A stretch of 64,000 nt of DNA, from assembly GCA_963699535.1 (NCBI GenBank), contig CAVOUJ010000017.1:7209-71208 (forward strand). Reading direction: 5' to 3'. Below, one piece after another: positions 57,316 through 64,000 of this stretch (position 1 is the first letter of the stretch; each line of letters starts with the position of its first letter). The translations under genes and the position numbers were made by a program. The notes under the pieces were generated by a model. The model searched no databases. It worked only from the letters and a program-made list of their open reading frames with translations, and was not told the origin of the DNA. Source of the stretch: an uncultured beta proteobacterium. Lineage in GTDB: Bacteria; Pseudomonadota; Gammaproteobacteria; Burkholderiales; SG8-39.

Positions 57316-60300
57316 TCATGCAATCCGGTTCGCCGGGCGAAGGGTGCCCGCGATACCCAGATAGCGGCGTTCGATCTCTTCCGGCGGAAGAGGCACGCAG
57401 AACAGGAAGCCCTGAAATTCGTCGCAGCGGTGCTTTCGCAGGAGATCCAGCTGGGCCTGAGTCTCGACGCCCTCTGCGATGACCCGGATACCCAGCCCGC
57501 GAGCCATGGTGATGATCGCCCGCACGATCGCCACGTTCTCAGGCGAGGCCACAATATCGCTGATGAAGGAGCGGTCGATCTTCAGGCCGTTCACAGCGAA
57601 ATTCCTGATGTAGCTCAGTGACGAATATCCCGCCCCGAAGTCGTCGATCATCACGCGGGTCCCGACCTGCGCGAGGCCTTTCAGGGTCGCGCCGATGTCT
57701 TCGGAGTTCTTCAGGAAGAGACTCTCGGTGATTTCGAGCTCGATCAAGCCGGGATCGATGTCGAATTCTTTCAGCAAGGCGGAGATCTCGCCGATCAAGG
57801 CCGGCGTAAACTGGCGGACGGAGAGGTTGACCGCCACCGGATGCACCGGCAGGCCGCGCCCGCGCCAATCGCGGATCTGCCTGCAGACCTCCTCCAGCAC
57901 CCAGTGCCCGATGTCCACGACCAGCCCCGTGTCTTCTGCGATGGAAATGAACCGCGCCGGAGAAACCAGGCCCCAGCTCGGATGGCGCCAGCGCAGCAGC
58001 GCCTCGAGACCGGTGATCCGGCTGTCCGCGACGGTCACCTTCGGCTGGTACATCACCGCGAATTGCCGGCTGGCGATAGCGTCGCGCAGGCCGTTCTCGA
58101 GCTGAAGCCGCTCCTGCATGCGCTCGTTCATTTCTGCGGAGAAATACTGGTAGGAGCCGCGCTCGCCTTCCTTGACATGGTACATCGCCGTATCTGCGTC
58201 GCGGAGCAGCGTTTGCGGATCCGTGGCGTCGGAGGGGAACACGCTGATGCCGATGCTGCACGAGCAGCTCAGGGTATGTCCCCTGACCGAGAACGGTTCT
58301 TTGAACGAGTGGATGATCTTGCGCGCCACCTGACCGGCCTCGTCCTCCAGCGCCTTCACGTCCTCCAGCAGCACCACGAACTCGTCCCCCCCGAGCCGCG
58401 CCAGGGTATCGCCTTTGCGCACGACGCTGGACAGGCGCTGCGCAACCGCTTGAAGGAAAGCGTCGCCGACCGCGTGCCCCAGAGAGTCGTTGATGTACTT
58501 GAACCGGTCGAGATCGATGAAGAACAGGGCGAGAGAGCCGTTATTGCGCCGCGCCTGGCTCATGCTGAGGGTCAGGCGGTCGTTGAGCAGCAGGCGGTTG
58601 GGCAGACCGGTCAGCGGGTCGCGCGTCGCGAGCTGCCGGACGCGCTCCTCGGCCCGCGAGCGCTCGATCTCGGACCCCGCTCGCGAGGCGAAGATCTCGA
58701 GCAGGGAAACGAAGAACTCCTTGTGCTCGATCGGCTTGCGCGTCAACGCGACCAGAATCCCGATGGCTTTTCCCGCCGCATCGATCAGCGAGGTTCCGAC
58801 ATAGCCCTCTATCGCGCGATGGGCAAGTCCTGCGTCCTCGGGGAAGAGTTCGGCGGCGCGCTCGGCGTAGACCATGGTTCCACGGCGCTCCAGCACGCCG
58901 ATGCAGGGTGAACCGGCGAGCGGATAGTCGAAGTTCTCGGAGAGTTCGCCGTCGCGGCAGCAGGCGATGGTGCGAATCCGATCGCCCGGCGGAGTGACCT
59001 CGCCCACGAACGCCATGTCGGCGGGCAGCTCCCTGCACAAGCACAACACGACCTCCCGGAAGAACGTTTCGCCGGTCTGGGAACTCACCCCCCGCGCGAT
59101 GGTGTTGAGCAGCTCTTGGGCGCGCTTGCGGTCGGTGATGTCCAATATCGGCACGATCACGTGGGGCTCGCCGTCGATATCGATCAGCTCGGCGGAAATC
59201 AGCGCATCGATGACCGCGCCGGACTTCTTGCGGAATTGCGTTTCAAACTCCCGCAGCGCCCCGCGCTTGCGTATCTCCGCCACGAAGCGCGCCCGGCCCT
59301 CCGGATGGACCCAGGCGCCCAAGTCGAGCGAGGTACGTCCCACAAGTTCCTCGCGCGCGTAGCCGAAAAGCTCCAGCCAGCGCTGGTTCACTTCGAGGTA
59401 CCCACCGTCGCTCAGCCGGCTGATGACGATCGCTCCCGGGCTCGCCTGGAAGATTTTCGCAAAGCGCTCCTCGGATTGACGCAGGCGAAGCTCGGCGTTT
59501 TTCCGTTCGGTGACGTCGAGCAGGATTCCGGCCATTTGCAGCGCCCGCCCGCCTGGACCTCGCTCGATCACCCTGCCTTGGCCCAGGATCCAGACCCACT
59601 CTCCCGCGCGGTTCCTGACGCGAGCTTCCTGGGCGTAGTCGGGCGTGTCGCCCTTCAAGCACTTCAGCTGCGCCGCGACCAGGGCGTCCAGATCTTCGGG
59701 ATGGATTATTTCCCGCAACAGATGAATGCTCGTCTCGTTGCCCACGGAATCGAATCCCAGCGTTTCGGTCCAGCCCTGGTCGAAATACATCGTTCCGCTG
59801 CCGATGTCCCACTCCCACAACGACGCGCGCGAAGCCTGCATGGCGAGCCCGAGCCGGTCCCGTGCGCTGCGCGCTTCGCTCAGGCTTCCGATCATGGTGT
59901 TCGCGAGCGTGCGCACGACGACCGCGATGAAGACGAGGCTGAGGCAGATCCCGACGAGGAACCTGAAGTCGGTGAACCCGGCCAGGCGGTTCTGGAGGAG
60001 CCCCGCCATCTCCGCATATCCCATCGCGAGAAACGCGGCGAGCGCCAGCGCGACGAAGGCAAGCAGCGCGCGCCATCTCATCAGGACTCCCGCGATCGCC
60101 ATGGTCGCTGCGAGCGCGACCATGGCGCTGTCGTGCACGCCGTCGCGGATGAGGGCGACGGAGAAGAAGACCGCGAGCAGGAGCGGCGGCAGCGCCGCGG
60201 TCGCCAACCCCAGCTGCCGGCGCCGTGCTGCCGCGATCAGGGCGCCCACCGCGGCCGCAAGCGCGGCGGCAGCCGCGGCGATGTGATATTCGCCAGCCAA

Positions 60301-60432
60301 GAGATTGTTGAGTGCGGCGACGAACAAGGCCGCGAGCAGCACCAGGGAGCCGAGGTTGAACAAGCGCCCGAGCGCGGTCCGCTCGGGGTCTCCGGGATAC
60401 TCGGGCGCGATCAGCAGCCGGCGCAGCCACAC
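57316..60432 (-). CDS. Membrane sensor with PAS-PAS-GAF domains and GGDEF + EAL output (c-di-GMP turnover)
   Basis: 1038 aa and intact. The N-terminal roughly 190 aa are multi-TM. PAS-like repeats are ..LWEWDI.. and ..RFAKIFQASPGAIVISR... The GGDEF motif is ARLGGDEFVVLL. EAL-domain motifs are GLEALLRWRHP and ..DDFGAGYSSLSY... Confidence 0.9.
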   Translation of the reverse strand: MWLRRLLIAPEYPGDPERTALGRLFNLGSLVLLAALFVAALNNLLAGEYHIAAAAAALAAAVGALIAAARRRQLGLATAALPPLLLAVFFSVALIRDGVHDSAMVALAATMAIAGVLMRWRALLAFVALALAAFLAMGYAEMAGLLQNRLAGFTDFRFLVGICLSLVFIAVVVRTLANTMIGSLSEARSARDRLGLAMQASRASLWEWDIGSGTMYFDQGWTETLGFDSVGNETSIHLLREIIHPEDLDALVAAQLKCLKGDTPDYAQEARVRNRAGEWVWILGQGRVIERGPGGRALQMAGILLDVTERKNAELRLRQSEERFAKIFQASPGAIVISRLSDGGYLEVNQRWLELFGYAREELVGRTSLDLGAWVHPEGRARFVAEIRKRGALREFETQFRKKSGAVIDALISAELIDIDGEPHVIVPILDITDRKRAQELLNTIARGVSSQTGETFFREVVLCLCRELPADMAFVGEVTPPGDRIRTIACCRDGELSENFDYPLAGSPCIGVLERRGTMVYAERAAELFPEDAGLAHRAIEGYVGTSLIDAAGKAIGILVALTRKPIEHKEFFVSLLEIFASRAGSEIERSRAEERVRQLATRDPLTGLPNRLLLNDRLTLSMSQARRNNGSLALFFIDLDRFKYINDSLGHAVGDAFLQAVAQRLSSVVRKGDTLARLGGDEFVVLLEDVKALEDEAGQVARKIIHSFKEPFSVRGHTLSCSCSIGISVFPSDATDPQTLLRDADTAMYHVKEGERGSYQYFSAEMNERMQERLQLENGLRDAIASRQFAVMYQPKVTVADSRITGLEALLRWRHPSWGLVSPARFISIAEDTGLVVDIGHWVLEEVCRQIRDWRGRGLPVHPVAVNLSVRQFTPALIGEISALLKEFDIDPGLIELEITESLFLKNSEDIGATLKGLAQVGTRVMIDDFGAGYSSLSYIRNFAVNGLKIDRSFISDIVASPENVAIVRAIITMARGLGIRVIAEGVETQAQLDLLRKHRCDEFQGFLFCVPLPPEEIERRYLGIAGTLRPANRIA

Positions 60433-60510
60433 GACGAAGCCGCCCTCCGAAAAGGATCCGCCGGTGTAGCGGATTCTGATGCTTTCAGTCTAGCACTAGT
60501 GTCCGGGTTC

Positions 60511-62442
60511 TCACCGCCCTGGAACGATGATGCGGCTGCCCTCGCCTGCCATCTCGAGCATCAGCTCGTTCATGCGGCGCACGAACCCGGCAGGGTCTTC
60601 GAGCTGGCCGCCCTCGGCGAGGAGGGCCTGGTCGAAGAGGAGATGGCTCCAGTCCGCGAAGCGCTGCTTTTCTTCCTCCAGCCGCTTCACCACCGGATGC
60701 GCCGGATTGATCTCGAGGATCGGTTTGGCGAGCGGCGCCTTCTGGCCGGCGGCCTTGAGGATGCGCGCGAGGTTTCCGCCCATGTCGTGCTCGTCGGCGA
60801 CGAGGCACGAGGGCGACTGCGTGAGGCGCGAGCTCACGCGCACGTCCTTCACCCGATCGCCGAGCGCGTCCTTCAGCTTCGCGACCAGGGCCCGGTGCTC
60901 CCCCGCGACCTTGTGCTCCTCCTTCTTTTCCTCTTCGGTCTGGAACCTGGAGAGGTCCAGTTCGCCCTTCGCGACCGAAGCGAGCTGCTTGCCTTCGTGT
61001 TCGGAGAGATTCGCGACCAGCCACTCGTCGACGCGGTCCGAAAGGAGCAGCACTTCGATGCCGCGCTTGCGGAAGACCTCGAGGTGCGGGCTGTTCTTCG
61101 CGGCGAGAAAGGTCTCCGCCGTCACGTAGTAGATCTTGTCCTGCCCTTCCTTCATCCGGGAAATGTAGTCGGCAAGCGACACCGTTTCCTCTTCCTTGTC
61201 CGCGTGCGTGGATGAAAAGCGCAGGAGCCTGGCGATGCGCTCGCGGTTGGCGAGATCCTCGCCCACGCCCTCCTTGAGGACGCGGCCGAATTCCTTCCAG
61301 AAGGCCGCGTACTTGTCTTTCTGGTTCTCGGCCAGGTCTTCGAGCAGCGACAGGAGTCGCTTGGTGGATCCAGCGCGGATCGCCTCGATGTCTCGGCTCT
61401 CCTGGAGGATTTCGCGCGATACGTTCAGAGGCAGGTCGTTCGAATCGATCACGCCGCGCACGAAGCGCAGGTAGGCGGGCAGCAGCTGCTCGGCATCGTC
61501 CATGATGAACACGCGCCGGACATAGAGCTTCAAGCCCCTGCGATGGTTGCGGTCCCAGAGGTCGAAGGGCGCCCGCCCCGGGATGTAGAGAAGCTGCACG
61601 TACTCCTGGCGGCCCTCGACGCGGTTGTGCGTATAGGCGAGCGGCGCCTCCGGGTCGTGTGCGACGTGCTTGTAGAACTCCTGGTATTGCTGCTCGCTGA
61701 CCTCCGCCTTCGGGCGCGCCCACAAGGCGCTCGCCTGGTTGATCGTCTCGTCTTCGTCGGTCGCCACCTCCTGCGACTTTTCCTTGTCCCACTTCTGCTT
61801 CTTCATCACGATCGGGATCGCGATGTGGTCGGAGTACTTGCGGACGATCTCCTTCAGCTTCCATTCCGAGAGCAGATCGTCTTCGCCTTCGCGCAGGTGC
61901 AGGACGACGTCGGTGCCGCGCCCCGCCTTTTCCGCGGCTTCGACCGTGAATTCGCCGGCGCCGTCGGATTCCCAGCGCACCGCGTCGCCTGCCGCGAGGC
62001 CCGCTCGCCGCGTCACCAGGGTCACGCGGTCGGCGACGATGAATGACGAATAGAAGCCTACTCCGAACTGACCAATGAGTCGTGCATCCTTCGCCTGGTC
62101 TCCGGTGAGCGCATCGAAAAACTCCCGCGTACCCGACTTCGCGATCGTCCCGATGTTGTGAATGACCTCGTCGCGCGACATGCCTATGCCGTTATCCGAC
62201 ACGGTGATGGTGCGCGCCTGCTTGTCGAAGGCGACATGGATCTTGAGATCGGCGTCGGAACCGTACAGCGCGTTGTTGGACAGCGCCTCGAAGCGCAGCT
62301 TGTCCGCGGCGTCGGAGGCGTTCGAGATGAGTTCCCGCAGAAATATCTCCTTGTTGCCGTACAAGGAGTGGATCATGAGGTTGAGCAGTTGCTTCACCTC
62401 TGCCTGGAAGCCGAGGGTTTCCTTTGTCGCTGCCGTCGTCAT
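60511..62442 (-). CDS. htpG: Molecular chaperone HtpG (Hsp90)
   Basis: ..[47 protein letters not shown].. 643 aa, intact. Confidence 0.95.
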   Translation of the reverse strand: MTTAATKETLGFQAEVKQLLNLMIHSLYGNKEIFLRELISNASDAADKLRFEALSNNALYGSDADLKIHVAFDKQARTITVSDNGIGMSRDEVIHNIGTIAKSGTREFFDALTGDQAKDARLIGQFGVGFYSSFIVADRVTLVTRRAGLAAGDAVRWESDGAGEFTVEAAEKAGRGTDVVLHLREGEDDLLSEWKLKEIVRKYSDHIAIPIVMKKQKWDKEKSQEVATDEDETINQASALWARPKAEVSEQQYQEFYKHVAHDPEAPLAYTHNRVEGRQEYVQLLYIPGRAPFDLWDRNHRRGLKLYVRRVFIMDDAEQLLPAYLRFVRGVIDSNDLPLNVSREILQESRDIEAIRAGSTKRLLSLLEDLAENQKDKYAAFWKEFGRVLKEGVGEDLANRERIARLLRFSSTHADKEEETVSLADYISRMKEGQDKIYYVTAETFLAAKNSPHLEVFRKRGIEVLLLSDRVDEWLVANLSEHEGKQLASVAKGELDLSRFQTEEEKKEEHKVAGEHRALVAKLKDALGDRVKDVRVSSRLTQSPSCLVADEHDMGGNLARILKAAGQKAPLAKPILEINPAHPVVKRLEEEKQRFADWSHLLFDQALLAEGGQLEDPAGFVRRMNELMLEMAGEGSRIIVPGR

Positions 62443-62470
62443 CGCCTCTGTTCCTGTCGAGAAAACCCGG

Positions 62471-62500
62471 ATCTTGGGTTATGCGCCGCGTGGTTCAAGC
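62471..62500 (-). promoter_or_regulatory. Candidate sigma-32 (RpoH) heat-shock promoter of htpG
   Basis: The minus strand reads CTTGAA-c-N14-CCCAAGAT. The consensus as I recall it is CTTGAA-N13-15-CCCCATnT. The -10 element ends about 29 nt upstream of ATG 62442. Confidence 0.3.
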
Positions 62501-62656
62501 CTGTCGGGCCGCACGACGGCTCCGCAAATCTTAGTCGAAAACAGCGCTCCAGGCCCAGTGTGGAGCCCTGTCCAAACGACCCGCGCGGGAAAGGGCGCCT
62601 GCCCATAGAATGGAACTTGCCGCAACGCCGCCTGTCTCTAACCGCGGGATCCGACA

Positions 62657-64000
62657 ATGCTCAGAAGGGCCGTCCTACTTTCCACGCTGTTACTCGTCGC
62701 GCCGCTGCACGCCTTCGCTCAAGGCGCGAAGCCGGCGCCGGCAGGCCCGGCCCGGATCACCTCGGTCGAGGGCGTCACCGAGTATCGCCTGGCGAACGGC
62801 CTGAGGATTCTGCTCGTTCCCGACCGCTCGATCGACACCATCACGGTAAACGTCACGTATCTGGTCGGCTCCCGGCACGAAGGCTACGGCGAGAGCGGCA
62901 TGGCGCATCTCCTGGAACACCTGATGTTCCGGGGAACGAAGCGGTTTCCGAACATCAAGGCGGACTTCCAGCAGCGCGGCGCACGCTACAACGGCTCGAC
63001 GTCGTTCGACCGGACCAACTACTTCGAAACCTTTGCGGCGAGCGACAAGACCCTCGATCATATGCTCGACGTCGAAGCCGACCGCATGGTGAACGCCCCG
63101 ATCGCCAAGCGCGACCTCGACGCCGAGATGACCGTGGTGCGCAACGAGTTCGAGTCGGGCGAGAACAGCGCCTCCAGCGTGCTGCGCGAGCGCGTCGCGG
63201 CGAGCGCCTACCTCTGGCACAACTACGGCCGGGCGATCATCGGGGCGCGCTCGGACATCGAGAACGTCCCGATCGAGCGGCTGAGGGCCTTCTATCGGCA
63301 CTACTATCAGCCCGACAATGCGGTGCTGATCCTCTCGGGAAGGATCGATGAATCGCAGGCGCTCAGGCTCGCGGAAAAGCGCTTCGGAAGAATCTCCAAA
63401 CCGGCACGCACAGTGCGCCAAACCTATACCGTGGAGCCGACCCAGGACGGCGAGCGCTCGGTCATGCTGCGGCGCGCGGGCGACGTGCAGCTCGTCTCGG
63501 CGCTCTATCACATGCCACCCGGCTCTCATCCCGAGTATGCCGCCGTGGACGTGCTGGTCTCGCTTCTCAACCACGTGCCTTCCGGCCGCTTGCACAAGGC
63601 GCTGGTCGAGCCGGGGCTGGCAAGCTCCGTTTTCGGCACCGAACGCCAGGCGCGCGAGGCCGGCATGGCCTACTTCGGTGCGACCCTGCGCCAGGACGCC
63701 TCCCTCGAAGCGGCGCGCGACGCGCTGCTCGGGGTGCTCGAAGGCCTTGCCCGCAACCCGGTGACCGACGACGAGGTCGAGCGGGCGCGCACGCGGCTTC
63801 TCAACGACATCGAGCTCACGCTCGCCGATTCCCGCGAGCTCACGAACGCCCTTTCCGAGACCGTCGCCATCGGCGACTGGCGGCTGTTCTTCCTCCATCG
63901 CGACCGCCTCCAGCAGGTCAGCTCCGCCGAAGTCCAGGCCGTCGCCAGCCGCTATCTCAAACCGGCCAACCGAACCGTCGGAATGTTCCTGCCGACAAAG
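62657..64000 (+). CDS. M16-family (pitrilysin/insulinase-like) zinc peptidase, partial (runs off the window end)
   Basis: It is not in the ORF track because there is no stop in the window. My translation from ATG 62657 is MLRRAVLLSTLLLVAPLHAFAQG.. (signal), then ..GSRHEGYGESGMAHLLEHLMFRGT.. (the inverted zinc motif HxxEH), then ..RNEFE... It is continuous for 448 codons to nt 64000. Confidence 0.8.
   Translation, partial: MLRRAVLLSTLLLVAPLHAFAQGAKPAPAGPARITSVEGVTEYRLANGLRILLVPDRSIDTITVNVTYLVGSRHEGYGESGMAHLLEHLMFRGTKRFPNIKADFQQRGARYNGSTSFDRTNYFETFAASDKTLDHMLDVEADRMVNAPIAKRDLDAEMTVVRNEFESGENSASSVLRERVAASAYLWHNYGRAIIGARSDIENVPIERLRAFYRHYYQPDNAVLILSGRIDESQALRLAEKRFGRISKPARTVRQTYTVEPTQDGERSVMLRRAGDVQLVSALYHMPPGSHPEYAAVDVLVSLLNHVPSGRLHKALVEPGLASSVFGTERQAREAGMAYFGATLRQDASLEAARDALLGVLEGLARNPVTDDEVERARTRLLNDIELTLADSRELTNALSETVAIGDWRLFFLHRDRLQQVSSAEVQAVASRYLKPANRTVGMFLPTK

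Noticed and set aside
55582-57621. 679-aa + strand ORF antisense to ggt
   Set aside because: It is a shadow ORF of a high-GC gene. The ggt reading on the minus strand is unambiguous.
59116-61215. 699-aa + strand ORF antisense to the GGDEF-EAL gene and htpG
   Set aside because: It spans two unrelated genes and their intergenic region on the wrong strand. Its Arg/Asp/Glu-rich composition is that of a shadow ORF.
1-64000. CRISPR arrays, rRNA genes, IS elements, long tandem repeats
   Set aside because: None were seen on visual inspection. The only repeats noted are short (a heptamer pair at 17508 and palindromes at 21635/21741), plus the diverged ggt-tail duplication.

Overview
This is a 64-kb, high-GC chromosomal segment. 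My hand counts of single 60-nt lines give about 60-70% GC in core genes. It looks betaproteobacterial (Burkholderiales/Rhodocyclales-like): dapA-bamC synteny, an aat-bpt-pyrD-rnfB-like-nth block, a TctCBA operon, and several Bug/TctC-family binding proteins. I can support about 65 protein genes and one tRNA-Arg(CCT). I see no rRNA, CRISPR array, integrase or transposase.

The content is mostly housekeeping, transport and redox:
- TRAP dctPQM
- nnr, slyD, bcp, dapA, bamC
- an Mla/Pqi-like ABC-MCE lipid-transport operon
- maiA, an acyl-CoA ligase, an HAD dehalogenase, a NUDIX hydrolase, amt
- aat, bpt, pyrD, nth
- MoxR and VWA proteins
- a TauD-family dioxygenase, ggt, a PAS-GAF-GGDEF-EAL sensor, htpG, and an M16 peptidase

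Three things stand out:
1. A roughly 45-55% GC island starts directly at the 3' end of tRNA-Arg (about 17.5-23.2 kb). It has no integrase and carries five orphan genes: two lipoproteins, one N-anchored protein, a DUF4760-like membrane protein and a 206-aa unknown.
2. A tightly packed minus-strand operon reads nfnA-nfnB-korA-korB plus a roughly 735-aa unknown protein ending in a ferredoxin-type cysteine motif. It is bracketed by an intact ggt and a diverged relic of a ggt 3' end, which looks like an insertion scar.
3. There are about 35-40 frameshifts, and they are strongly clustered. At least 15 lie in the 2.2-kb TRAP operon, while stretches of 21 kb and 11 kb have none. This argues against uniform sequencing error. 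It needs read-level checking before any gene here is called a pseudogene.

Coordinates follow the supplied ORF track. Alternative starts were derived arithmetically from it. Family calls rest on recognised motifs, not on database searches.
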